Numbered from the whole stretch's first letter, positions 30,243 to 41,553 are shown. The stretch: 63,783 nt of DNA, filler included, from Licmophora abbreviata (GCA_900291995.1; 11 parts of 11 records of this genome joined end to end with filler, not necessarily neighbours in it); one strand, 5' to 3'. The notes: a model not told the origin generated them from the sequence alone. Numbers and translations are program-made.

Positions 30243-33128
30243 ATGCGACCCCGGCGTCCTAGTTTCCTCCGAAAAGGCAGGACCAAGAGCTTGAGTTCCG
30301 ATCCAAGGGAAGAAGGCGATTCCAAGCAAATAAAAATGGCAAATACCACGAAGAAAGAGGACCTTGTGACTAGGGCAAGATCCAAGAGCTTGAACTCGGA
30401 CCCAATAGGAACTCAACGATACCGACGGAGGCAAGAAGACAGAAGTAGCGAATGAACCTGTCGGGGTTCTGAACCAACCACCAATACCAGACAATTATAA
30501 TGAGCACATTGATGAGAAGGGATCTGAGAAACCGAACGAGTCGGTGCCTCTGACGTCTCTTCCGGCGTATCCAGTATCGCCGCGCAATTTGATTGCTCCC
30601 CCACCTGCGCTTCGTGCTGCTACCGTGAAAGAAGCTTGTGAGGAAATTTGNNNNNNNNNNNNNNNNNNNNNNNNNNNNNNNNNNNNNNNNNNNNTTAATT
30701 AATTAANNNNNNNNNNNNNNNNNNNNNNNNNNNNNNNNNNNNNNNNNNNNACCTGCGCTTCGTGTTGCTACCGTGAAAGAAGCTTGTGAGGAAATTTGGC
30801 AATGCGAGGATCCCGAGCAGGCCTCTATGTGGCTGAAACGTCTTCACCAGGCATTTCTGTGCACAAGATTAGACGCATATGACCCATCGGAGGCCTTTGT
30901 GTCCCTGTCGGGAGCTGCACTTCGGTTTCACGGTAGTCTTCCATCATTGAAAGACGAAAGTAAGGCTTCCGCCGATAGCTACGACCTTGATAGTCTCTGG
31001 TGCGTCTGGGAAGAGGCTTTATGGGCAGCGGCTGCACTTGCGAGGGTTTGCGTTGGAGCTGCATGGAGAAGCCAGCTGCGGAGGCGGCGAGCGTTCATTC
31101 TAGGACGGGGAGGTCTTGACGAGTTGAGTGGCGCGTCGCCCGTCGAGGCCGCCATGTCTCCTTCACCCGTAGCTACTGAAATGAAAAACAGTGTGAACGG
31201 AAGCAATCAAACGGCAGACGCTTCCCCGCTGGATATTGTGGCGGCCGATATCTCAGCGTCTCAGCGATCTTTCTCGCCGATGACTGCTTCATCCTATGCC
31301 GCTTCGCGCATGGACTCCCTCTTTCCGCCGATTCAGGAGAGATTGCCGGCAGCCATGCTGAGATTCGCGTCGTCTGCAATAGAAACTGCAATTGCACCAC
31401 CTTCGAGGATTTGCGGGGAGGAGGATCGGCGGAAATGGCAAGATCGCAGCAAGTCCCTGGCTGAGGCACAACGAGAACTCGTTCTGGCGTTATGCTATGC
31501 GACGGCGGAAGAAGAACCTTTGGATGACACAAACGAAGAAGGTGAGCCCCAATGGACAATTCTGGAGGCGCATGGACCTGTCGGAGTTATGGTTCGGTTC
31601 TGGTTCCAGTCGTGCTTCCTGGATTCGGATGCAGACAAGCTATTGAAAGACAAAGGCGCTTCAAGCATTGACTACGAAAGTTATAGGTTCATGGACTGGG
31701 GGTGCGTGCTACAGGTCACAAGAGCCGCTGCTGATCTAGTGTCGGCTGGGTGGCGTCCTACTTGGACTGGAGGTGTTGCGGAAGATTTGGTTTCTTTCTT
31801 GTTGGCAGTTAGCAAGGAAGGGCTGGCGCTGATCCGAAGCGATTCGTTGCTGGAAACGGCGTCGGATACTGAGTATGGAGAGAGAATATTAGCATCATCG
31901 CTTAGTGTGGTCGAAGCAGTTTCGGTTCTCGCCTCGATTGGCTCTACCGGACTGATTCCGATTGAAAGTCAAGCGAGAGTCGTTCAGGTGCTTTGTGAGC
32001 TGCAGTTTGAGACCATGCCTGGCAACATGCATTACGACTCTTGCAATGACAAAGGTCGCAGCATCGATTACGATGATCATGTACTGAAAGCCCTACGCTC
32101 AAATAGACAAACTTGCCATGCGGACATCGTCGACCTGCTGTGGATGATGTTGGCCCATGAAACCTCGGCCGCCACCGCGTTGGCGAAGCTGCTTGATATG
32201 ACAACCCCGTGAGCAGCTCAGGAATTGCGAGCGATGACGCGACAGAGAGCTCTATACTTTTGCGGAGAACTTCTGTCGCCGTGAGCACTCTAGGCGGTGC
32301 GCTATGGGGGCTGCCACCCAACAATCCCGGGATATCAGGGCTGCGCATTAGCTGGAACTCTTTTCTCGCATCGCTCGCTGACATTGCCGACTTCATCCGA
32401 TACAATGCACAAAAGAAGGTCTCTTTCGTGGCAACTCAAGGTGACAACTCTTCAAAAGGCGACGACATTTATTTGTCACTGCTCCTGGAAGTAATTACAG
32501 CTCTCCGGAAGTTCGCTGACTCAGAGCTCTTGTGCCCTGATGCCTTGATACTCGTCGATGAATGGAAGCCTTTTGTTCGGGCCGTGTGCGAGGGTATTGC
32601 CTTTTGGTTAGACATTTGTCATTCCCAAGATGCGCTCTCTCACGCTTACAAGGCTACCTCTATTCGCGGAAAGATTCGGAACGAAGCCGTGTCTCTCGTC
32701 TCAAGGATCAGCTCCTTTCTCAGTACGTGCTCGAGAATGGAGGATAGCTCTTTTCATCTGATTGTCAATAACAACGACCTACACGATCTCTACGTGTGTC
32801 TATTGAGGCAGGCAGTGCCTCGATTGGAATCTCGTATAGGTACATCCTTGGCGCTATCGACTATTCGATCGTGGGCAAGTATTGGATTCTTGCCTCATCG
32901 AAGTGAGGAGTGGATTCAGACCGTGACGTCTATCATATCAGAATCGTTTGCAGTATACGATGACGCTTCTGCGGGTGGTAAAGGTGCTTACGTGCACTCG
33001 CCCTCGGTGCGGCTTGAAGCCCTGGTTTCCATAACGTATGACGATGAAGATGGACGATCAGGTTTACCTGAAAATACCTGGGTGCCGGCAGTCTCTCCAT
33101 TGGTCCTTTCGAGATTTGTGCGAGAGCA
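30243..33128 (+). CDS. Large helical protein resembling the tuberin (TSC2) N-terminal region; 3'-truncated by gap; frameshifts at ~30408 and ~32207
   Basis: LIPIESQARVVQVLC, AVSTLGGALWG, LLLEVITALRKF, FLPHRSEEWIQTV…SVRLEAL occur in the same order as TSC2 N-terminal blocks recalled from memory. Pieces join across a 48-bp overlap at the gap. Confidence 0.55.
30651..30750. other. Artificial scaffold spacer
   Basis: 44 N + TTAATTAATTAA + 44 N. The flanks overlap by 48 bp with one mismatch. Confidence 0.98.
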
Positions 33129-33228
33129 NNNNNNNNNNNNNNNNNNNNNNNNNNNNNNNNNNNNNNNNNNNNTTAATTAATTAANNNNNNNNNNNNNNNN
33201 NNNNNNNNNNNNNNNNNNNNNNNNNNNN
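33129..33228. other. Artificial scaffold spacer
   Basis: 44 N + TTAATTAATTAA + 44 N. Confidence 0.98.
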
Positions 33229-33565
33229 TTGCTTGTTTACTTGCTTGCTCAGCTCACAGGAATGTCACTGCGACATCATTCCGAGATCGCTGCAAACCGA
33301 AAAATGGCGCGAAAGATCCGCGGGCGATGGCAACACAAAAACACAACTCAGTATCTTCGATGCTCTCTACCGATAGATAATGTTTGCAGATGATACATAA
33401 GATAAAGGCCAAATGCCTTACGGGATTGTGTAGCAGCATTGCGCCACCGTACTGGTTTCATACTGTTCGTCGATGCTGAAACAAAGGCAGGAACCGTATG
33501 CAGTTTCGAATACGCGCGTCTCGGGATCGATATACTTTGTTGTGACCCTAAGTTAGTTTTCTTCG

Positions 33566-34831
33566 CTATGAGAACAACAACGCCGCGATCGAAATAGCGC
33601 ACATTGCAATTGACGCGTTGCCTCTCACCAGCGAAGTTGAATCAGATGTGGAGTCCATCATCAAACTTGGCGCAATGCTCATAGGTCCACCATCGGACTT
33701 TCGGTCCACCGTCGACGAGGGTGCCCCCGTCGACTCAAACGCTGCATTGCCACTTAGAAATGTCGGCGACTCAGATGGTGATATCAAAGTTGGACCCTCC
33801 GATGGGATGGGAGAAGGTGCAAAGGTTGGATCTGGGACGGTTGCAACCGTAGGTATTGGAGTCGGCACAGCCGTAACAGCAACGGTCGGTCGTAACGATG
33901 GCTGAGGTGTCAGTGGCGCCCTCGTCGGTACAGGTGCTGTTGGCACGGGGGTGGGTTGCCGTGTCGGTTGTGGCGTCGGTACAGGCGTACTAGCAGCACA
34001 TTCAAAATATGCTGGGGGATCCGACGAAAGCTCACATATAGTCGACTCCAACCATTCGTACGAGTAGCTCACCCGAGCGTATACACCGGGATAGACCGCA
34101 CACAGTATCCCCCAGCTGACGGTACCAACCAGCAAATCATTGGCTGAGGTATCTCCTTTGACAATAAGGGGACCTCCAGAGTCTCCAGCGCATGCGTCCT
34201 TGCCGTCACCCAAGGCACACAACATGTCATCATACAACCAAGGCTCGTACCAACTCGCAGGATCTCCAGCTCCTGCACTCTTGCAGACATTGTTTGGTAC
34301 ATACTGAACGACCGTCTCACGAAGAATATCGGGATAAAGTCCAGTCCCATCACTTCCCCATCCCATCACGGTCATGTCGTCAGTGTCATGACGCGGCACC
34401 AACGGATCGGAGTTCATTTGCACTGGTCGAATAGTCGAAGACTTGTGCAGCTTCAACAGTGCGATATCGTACGAGTCGGAGCTTGGACTATAGCCTGGAT
34501 GTGGCACCTTTGTAACAACAGCAAACTTTTCTAAATCTGGATCTGACAAAGAACGTCGCCCAAGACGAACTTCAAAGATGCCATTGTCAATGCAGTGTGC
34601 AGCGGAGACAACGATATCTGGAGCAACAAGGACTCCACCGCACTCGTGTCGAGTGGCACTTTGCAGCGTCGCAACATACGGATAGCGCCCCACAGGAGCA
34701 GTGTCTCCATTGACAATGTAATTTTGCTCCTCTTTTACATCTGTCGTGTTTCCCGCCACGCCCTGGTCGTGACACGCCGCTAGGGCAACCACAGCGACGA
34801 TGACACAAGAAGAAGAGAATCGTCGTCGCAT
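33566..34831 (-). CDS. Secreted trypsin-like serine protease with Pro/Thr-rich stalk and GPI-like C-terminus
   Basis: Signal peptide, IVNG, SAAHC, DIALL, KDACAGDSGGP, YPGVYARV. PTxxP repeats. Hydrophobic C-terminal end. Confidence 0.93.
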   Translation of the reverse strand: MRRRFSSSCVIVAVVALAACHDQGVAGNTTDVKEEQNYIVNGDTAPVGRYPYVATLQSATRHECGGVLVAPDIVVSAAHCIDNGIFEVRLGRRSLSDPDLEKFAVVTKVPHPGYSPSSDSYDIALLKLHKSSTIRPVQMNSDPLVPRHDTDDMTVMGWGSDGTGLYPDILRETVVQYVPNNVCKSAGAGDPASWYEPWLYDDMLCALGDGKDACAGDSGGPLIVKGDTSANDLLVGTVSWGILCAVYPGVYARVSYSYEWLESTICELSSDPPAYFECAASTPVPTPQPTRQPTPVPTAPVPTRAPLTPQPSLRPTVAVTAVPTPIPTVATVPDPTFAPSPIPSEGPTLISPSESPTFLSGNAAFESTGAPSSTVDRKSDGGPMSIAPSLMMDSTSDSTSLVRGNASIAMCAISIAALLFS

Positions 34832-35276
34832 GTTGGGATTGTGAGCGCAACTCAGTAGTGTTAGCAAAAGATGAGTCAAATTGGTATGAAAGGCGGAACT
34901 CCACGCAAGTCGGGTCGCTCTTTGTCACGGCAAAGAGGCGACCAACGCACCATGTGCCGGTCGATTGTCATCAAAGGTGAAGGTGTGTGAGCGGTCCTTG
35001 TGCGTTATCGATGGAGTCTGTCATGACAGTTTGGATCAATTCGTTTACATACCTTTGTGAATATGACATATCTCGATGTGTTTAGTATTCTGAGCATAGT
35101 GTGTGTCTGAACGGATGATGAGCATCTCATATGGGCGTGATTCGTGATTCGAATGATTCGACTGGTGGACAGGTCTTCGCGCGAAGAGAGGTGCACGGTG
35201 AATGGCGACGATGACCTCCGAATTGGCACTGTCCGACCCATGAAAGCGACAATGGGAGCTGCAAGTTGAAAGTACC

Positions 35277-36917
35277 ATGAAGGGAAGCTCGTTTTGTCGG
35301 AGATGGTTGAATCCGATGCTGCTGCTGCTGCTGCTGGTATCGGTACAGAGAACTGAATCATGGAATAGCTTTCTTTGCTCCACATCGTCCCGATTCGCCT
35401 CGCCGGTCACCATGAGGCACATCACGGTCGTCGCCGCTACGAAGTCCGTAGGAACGCCTTCCATTGAAGCCGAGCTCTGTAAGAAACGCGGGTTTCGTCA
35501 TGTGATTGGAGCAGATGAAGCGGGAAGGGGCTGCATTGCAGGGCCTGTCGTCGTGGCAAGCTGTTGTCTACTACTGCCACTGCCACAAGACAGCATCCGT
35601 GGCGTGGACGATAGCAAGAATCTGAGTGAACAAGAAAGAAATCGAATCTACGAGGAACTTACTAGCCGGCCCGATCTATACGCTTGGAATGTGTCATTGG
35701 TGGATGCACAGGAGGTTGATAGATCCAACATCTTGCTGGCAACCATGGATGGCTTTGCCAAGTCCATCGAGTCGCTTGTGCAGACACACGGACTACCCTG
35801 TAGTACAACGTACGGCATCGTGGATGGCAATAAGAGCCCCAAACTATCTATTCCAGTATCGTGTCGACCATGGGTAAAGGCAGATTCGCAAGTCTATACC
35901 GTGGCATTGGCTTCTGTCGTTGCAAAGGTTACACGAGATGCGATCATGAAGGAATACGATGCGCAGTATCCAGAGTATGGCTTTGCTGACAACAAGGGAT
36001 ACCCGACACGAGACCACGTGCAAGCCATTCATATGCATGGTGCTTGTCCGTTGCATCGTATGTCTTTCAAACCTCTTCGAGGTCGGTCTGTAACAACGAG
36101 ACGATCACTTCTTGGTACAGTACTGCTAGCTACAATTGGTTCTCATCTTTCTCAAGCTCCTGCTTCGGCCATGACGACAGATACCAGGACGGGCATTTCA
36201 TTCCCCGATGAGGGAGAAATTGAGGAGGCGGTTCCAACGGACTGGAAAGATGTAGAGAATCCTTTTCAGGGGTCCCCTCGACAGTTTGCTCGGCTGGATT
36301 CGTCGCCCGACGCGCTATTCTATACGGAACCCCGCTTTGTCGAGCACGTCGACGACAATGCAGTTCAACTCTTGACGAATTACCTTTCCGAGACGGTGGT
36401 ACGTGACAACGATTTGGTACTGGATCTTTGTTCCAGTTGGACGAGTCACGTGGACAGCATATCGGTACGAAGGACGAAGCGAATAGCAGGGCTTGGCATG
36501 AACGAAAAGGAACTCGCATCGAATCCGACTTTATCGGACTGGATGGTACAAGATCTGAACAAGAATCCGATACTACCATACGATGATCATTCATTTTCTG
36601 TGGTCTTGTGTCAACTGAGTATAGATTATCTGACACGGCCAATGGATGTCTTGAAGGAAGTAGGGCGGGTCTTGCAACCTGGTGGAACAGTGCATATTTT
36701 GTTTTCCAACCGTTTATTCTTGAGCAAGGCCGTGGCCCTGTGGACCGGTGCCGATGACATCGACCACGCTTACACCGTTGCGTGCTACTTGCACTTTTCC
36801 AATGGAAACTTTGATAGAATTCAAGCGCGAGATTTATCGACTCGACAAGGACGATCCAAACGAATCGTTGGCGACCCATTGTATGTCGTGACGGCGACGA
36901 AATCGAAGTCTTCATAG
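35277..36917 (+). CDS. rnhB: Fusion of bacterial-type RNase HII and class-I SAM methyltransferase, with a plastid-type presequence
   Basis: GADEAGRG…GPVV, DDSK, DGN, ASVVAKVTRD, NKGYPT…H…HRMSF, then RLDSSPDALFY…PRFVEHVD, VLDLCSSWTSH, SIDYLTRP, RVLQPGG, FSNR. One uninterrupted 546-aa ORF. Confidence 0.88.
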   Translation: MKGSSFCRRWLNPMLLLLLLVSVQRTESWNSFLCSTSSRFASPVTMRHITVVAATKSVGTPSIEAELCKKRGFRHVIGADEAGRGCIAGPVVVASCCLLLPLPQDSIRGVDDSKNLSEQERNRIYEELTSRPDLYAWNVSLVDAQEVDRSNILLATMDGFAKSIESLVQTHGLPCSTTYGIVDGNKSPKLSIPVSCRPWVKADSQVYTVALASVVAKVTRDAIMKEYDAQYPEYGFADNKGYPTRDHVQAIHMHGACPLHRMSFKPLRGRSVTTRRSLLGTVLLATIGSHLSQAPASAMTTDTRTGISFPDEGEIEEAVPTDWKDVENPFQGSPRQFARLDSSPDALFYTEPRFVEHVDDNAVQLLTNYLSETVVRDNDLVLDLCSSWTSHVDSISVRRTKRIAGLGMNEKELASNPTLSDWMVQDLNKNPILPYDDHSFSVVLCQLSIDYLTRPMDVLKEVGRVLQPGGTVHILFSNRLFLSKAVALWTGADDIDHAYTVACYLHFSNGNFDRIQARDLSTRQGRSKRIVGDPLYVVTATKSKSS

Positions 36918-36940
36918 TGTGCTTTACTATAAGATTGTTA

Positions 36941-38035
36941 CTAGTCCTTATCTATCGTTTTGAGTTTAGCAACATGGTTTCGTATTCGATGCGGTTGGCC
37001 CAAGCTTGAGACCAACTCCCACACGCGAAAGTTCCACCAAATCGAGTCTGGCCATAACAAGACTGCTCGATCTTTTGCAGCTATGAATCTAGGTGGTCCA
37101 CTGCTGACCAGCCACAGCTTATTTCCAACGGGAGACCCAAACGGGGGAAGCAGGGGAACTGGGTCTCGATCATCTTCAATGCACAAGGTATCCTCTGGCA
37201 GGAGTGGTAGCAAACGGCCGACAGCCTCGGCAGCGCAGTACCGGGGCGCCGCAACACTGGTGACTGAGACGACCTCGAATCCTCGTCTCCGTAGCTTGAT
37301 GGCCAATATCTGTGCAACGGCACCTCCTAAGGAATGGCCTGCAATCTCTATTGTAGCTCGTTTGGCCGTCGGCGGTGCGAGCAACGGAAGAATATCGTGC
37401 AGCATGCGATCGGCGTGGTTGCGAAATCCAGAGTGCACATTACACTGCAAGTCTTCGTCAAAGACCCACCAAGTTTGCAGACAGGTCAGGATATCCACAG
37501 AGAGCGTCGTCCCTCGACAGAAGATCTGTTGACGCAACCTGCCTGTATCGGTTAGTTCATAGTACAAGTAGTAACACTCTCGTCGCGCCAGACGCATTGG
37601 ATCCGTAATGTCAAAGGCCGGCGGCTCTTCGGCATCTTTTTCTGCCGTCATATCTTCTTCGCTTTGATTGTACAGACGAAAAAGCGGTTTTGTCAGCTCA
37701 CGCAGAACGATTCCTCCCTTGTAGCCGTGGTGATGATGCCACGATCGAATGACGTCGAGCTCGTCCTTGACACTCTTGGCACCAGGCAGTGATGTTCCTT
37801 GGAGGCTGGTGCGCGTCAATGTGCAAATGACATCTTCGACCGTTCGAAGACTCGAGTTCTGCGCGAACAGCGTGTCTTGCGCCAGTTTAAGTTTCCCAAT
37901 CCGCCTTTGGCGTTCCTTTCGAACTTTCATCGATACCACCGTGATGGCGACGGTGGCACCGGCGACGACTCCGCCTCGAACAAGAAGACGACGACGATGA
38001 CGACTTTGCCCGATTTGATTGATCCAATTATTCAT
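36941..38035 (-). CDS. Class 3 lipase with N-terminal TM anchor
   Basis: CRGT, VHSGF, GHSLGGAVA, AAPR, DPVPLLP, C-terminal His. Confidence 0.9.
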   Translation of the reverse strand: MNNWINQIGQSRHRRRLLVRGGVVAGATVAITVVSMKVRKERQRRIGKLKLAQDTLFAQNSSLRTVEDVICTLTRTSLQGTSLPGAKSVKDELDVIRSWHHHHGYKGGIVLRELTKPLFRLYNQSEEDMTAEKDAEEPPAFDITDPMRLARRECYYLYYELTDTGRLRQQIFCRGTTLSVDILTCLQTWWVFDEDLQCNVHSGFRNHADRMLHDILPLLAPPTAKRATIEIAGHSLGGAVAQILAIKLRRRGFEVVSVTSVAAPRYCAAEAVGRLLPLLPEDTLCIEDDRDPVPLLPPFGSPVGNKLWLVSSGPPRFIAAKDRAVLLWPDSIWWNFRVWELVSSLGQPHRIRNHVAKLKTIDKD

Positions 38036-38233
38036 CGTTGTTATTTATAGAAATGTCAGTGGGTAAGGAAAGATCCATGGGCAAGAATGAGACAGCCGGA
38101 GTCGAGTAGTCTCGCATGGAACATGGCCGCGTCGCCGGCGTCGTTCATCCCGCCGCACCGCCATTGTGTGAGAGTCCAAATTGACCAAAAAATCAGAACA
38201 TCGGCCCTTTCACATGACAGAACATGAACCATT

Positions 38234-38270
38234 CGACTCAATCGACTCGACTGACTCGACTCACTCAAAT
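38234..38270 (+). promoter_or_regulatory. Degenerate GACTC array in divergent promoter
   Basis: cgactcaatcgactcgactgactcgactcactcaaat between divergent starts 38035 and 38624. Confidence 0.35.
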
Positions 38271-38623
38271 CATCCTTTGGAGGTGCGTCTTTTAGTCTTT
38301 TTGGAGTCGGAAACCAAGCCACCTCTGCCGCCATCCTCACAGCCATTCTATCCCACAGAAAACAACGTCAACTGAAAAGGTGACACGTGGATGTGTTTTG
38401 CGCGCCAAACTTCGATGCCACGCACGGCACGGACGCGCGAGCCACACATCCCCTTTCGGAACGCAACACACACACACGCTCGTCTAAAAACTGAGGCGAC
38501 GAGAGCAAGAAACGCGAAGAAAGACTTGTGTCGCCTGTCAATACTCCCTGACGCAGTCTCCAATAACTTCTACAGATCGAAGTGCAAGTCGCTTGTGTAG
38601 AACCTTCAACAAAGGTGACGATC

Positions 38624-40049
38624 ATGAGAGGACTAGCAGTGGCCTTGCTGCTGGTGAGCAGCGCTACAGCCTTCACTGCGGTGCCATCAGTGGCAGGGAC
38701 AGTTCGATCGGCGAGTCAGAATGTCAGAGAAAAGACGTCTTCGTTTGGCGCAGTCTCGGGTCGGCCGACGACCCGACTCTCCATGTCGACACGAAGCGGA
38801 ACGAATCGAGACTTTTATCAGATTCTGGGAATCTCGCGCAGTGCCGACGTCAAGGAAATCAAATCGGCCTACCGAAAACTCGCCAAGCAGTACCATCCAG
38901 GTGAGTTGTGCGGCTCCCCTGCTGGCACTTTCGTCTAATGGCGTCTGTATCAGCGACTGATACTCAACCTTCTCAACCCCATTGCACTATCTTCTTATCC
39001 TTAGACGCCAACCCTGGAGAAGACACGACGGAAAAGTTCCAGGAAATTAACCGTGCCTACGAAGTGCTGACGGACCCCGATCTCAAGAAAAAGTACGACA
39101 TGTTCGGCGAGCAGGGAATTGGAACCTCGGCTGCCTCAGATAGTAGTGCAGGATCGCCCTTTGGAGGTGGTGCTGGCTTTGGACAAGAAGTTGATTTGGG
39201 AGATATTTTCGATTCATTCTTTGGCGGCGGCATGGGTGGCGGAGGAGCGCGTTCCCGAGGAGGCGCGGGCACCGCGAGACCACGTGGACCCATGGTGGGA
39301 GATGACTTGCGATTTGACTTGGAGATTAATTTCAAGACTGGATGTTTCGGAGGAGAAGAGAAAGTCCGCATCCGTCATCGTGAGACGTGTGACACGTGTT
39401 CTGGCAGTGGCGTCAAGCCAGGAAGCAAGGTCTCAACCTGTAGTACCTGCGGCGGCTCTGGTGTGACAGTTCAGGTGACTCGGACTCCCCTGGGAAACTT
39501 TCAAACACAGCAGACTTGTCCATCGTGTCGCGGAACGGGGCAAAAGATTGAAGAGTACTGTGGTACATGCGGAGGGCAAGGAGTCAATCAGAAGACCAAG
39601 CAGATCAAGGTGACTGTCCCGCCGGGTGTCGAAAACGGAAACAAGCTGCGTGTCCGCGGCGAGGGAGACGCGGGTCCGAACGGGGGGCCTCCCGGCGACC
39701 TTTACATTTTCTTAAAGGTCAAGGGCGATCCCAAGTTCACTCGACAGGGTCCTGAAATCTACTCGGAGGAGTCCATTAGCTACGTCGATGCAATTCTAGG
39801 TGCATCCATCAAGACCCCTGTTGTGGACGGCGACGTTACGATCAAAGTGCCACCTGGAACGCACCTGGACAAGTTATGCGTCTCAAGGGCAACGGCGCCC
39901 CTCGACTGGGCAATCCTGACTCGCGAGGAGACCATTATGTCACCATGAGTGTTGAAATTCCAAAGGATCTATCCAAGGAAGAAGAGGAACTCATGAAGAA
40001 GCTAAAAGAACTGAGGGACAAGAAGAAAAACAAGAAGGGGCTCTTTTAG
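38624..40049 (+). CDS. dnaJ: Plastid type-I DnaJ/Hsp40 chaperone; 2 exons; frameshift at ~39863
   Basis: Signal ATA-F. HPD is restored by intron 38901-39004. G/F region, four CxxCxGxG motifs. The conserved [14 protein letters not shown]…RGDHYV…IPKDLS tail lies in the shifted frame to TAG 40049. Confidence 0.95.
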
Positions 40050-40152
40050 CAAAGAAAAGTAATACTAGTCATACATAGCAACAATGAAAGTCCCTTGCGC
40101 ACGTGCGTTCTCTTATAATTTATTTCGAGTGAGAAGAGGCATGATTTAATTA

Positions 40153-41256
40153 CTAACGAACGAGGAGAAATTTCGAGCCCTCAGGACCTGAATGAACCTT
40201 GATGAGACTTCCCGAGTGTGGTCGAAGCACAGGGGTATCGACCCAGGAGCCAATTTCCTTCGCGATGTCCATCGGTTTCGTCCAACTGACGAAATCCGCC
40301 TTTGGGTTCCCTGCGCGGTTCGAGGGAGTGTCAATGGTCGTCGGTAGAATTCCGACAACTGTGAGGGTGTCCAAATACTTGTCGTCCCGTCGTAGCTGGC
40401 GACTATCTTTGCGCTGCGACTTGGGCGTGACACCCAAGCCGCTCGTGGCTCCGAGGGTCTGCACGAATTGATGAGCTGCCGTTTTTGAAAGCCCGTAGCC
40501 CATCATACCAGGCGTCGGTCCAAGTGCGGCGGTCGCCCCAATAGTCACAAAGAGACCTAGTTCGCAAAAGAGTTGAAGGAACGGAAACAAGATGTTAAGA
40601 AGCAGTGCTTCGCCCTGCTCAGTCAGAGTGCAAGACTTCCATCACGTACCATTGTCTGCCATGTGTCGTTTCGCGACGTATCCGGCAGCTACGACAGGAT
40701 AGAGATTCATTCTCATCATCTTTTCGATATTCTCTCCATAGAGGGCGGCTCCCTCTTCGATCTCTTCCTGTGTCGCATCCTGTCCAGGAAGTTCAGGGTC
40801 CCCGTTCCAACCACCTGCCGCAACGACGATAACCTCAATCTCGTCGTGTCCCAGCGCCAGCCCGACTCCATTGGTGAGACGAGCCGTCAGTTCAGCAAGC
40901 GAAGAGTGCTTGGAGAAATGAGGCATGCTGACAAAATCATCGAGATCCCAATCGCTTTCGTTGGGCAGTTGAAGCACGTCGGCACCCACGACGAACATGT
41001 CATGATCCCTTGACAAGTGGCGAGACACAGCGGTCCCCAGAGCCCCTGATGATCCCAAAACGAGTGCTTTCTTTTGCTTATGGATTTTAGCAGTAGCATG
41101 CAGTGTGCGATTAGGAGGAGGGGTCCCCAATGCCGGAGTCCCTCGGAAGCTTTCAAGACGGTAGCCATGGGATGAGCAACGACTCGAAGCATTCTGAAAT
41201 CTTGATCCTTCCATTGGACTGTATCCTCTCGTCACGCGAGCGCATCTTCCGATCAT
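40153..41256 (-). CDS. QDPR: Dihydropteridine reductase-like SDR; 2 exons; start uncertain
   Basis: VLGSSGALG, AAGGW, GATAALGPTPGMMGYGLSKTAAHQ, LPTTIDTPSNR…ADFVSWT. Intron 40649-40557. Confidence 0.88.
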
Positions 41257-41553
41257 GTTTACTTTGCTTTGCGACAACAAGCCAGTCAAGGGCATCAAAG
41301 CTGATTGGGATGGGTGATTTCTTGCTCTGGCAGCTCGGCGCTGTGTGTGCAAGGTCAAGTACTTGTATCATCGCGACCATCATCGCGACGCGCGGTCGCC
41401 GAACGAAATTGTCGAATTGCGATGCTGCGCGATGTCACCACGCGAGGTTTTTGAAGCCGCCTCCTTTTAGAAACCAATGTTCAATGTGGTGCATGGCTAA
41501 TAAAGGTCTATCTATGATACGGTTTACAAGCAATGTGCTGGTATATAGCTAAG

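Noticed and set aside
35277..40049. Bacterial contamination or operon (rnhB, dnaJ, GlmS-like, ferredoxin)
   Set aside because: These genes carry spliceosomal introns and/or eukaryotic bipartite targeting peptides and are interspersed with SF3B6, NUP50 and PIGM.
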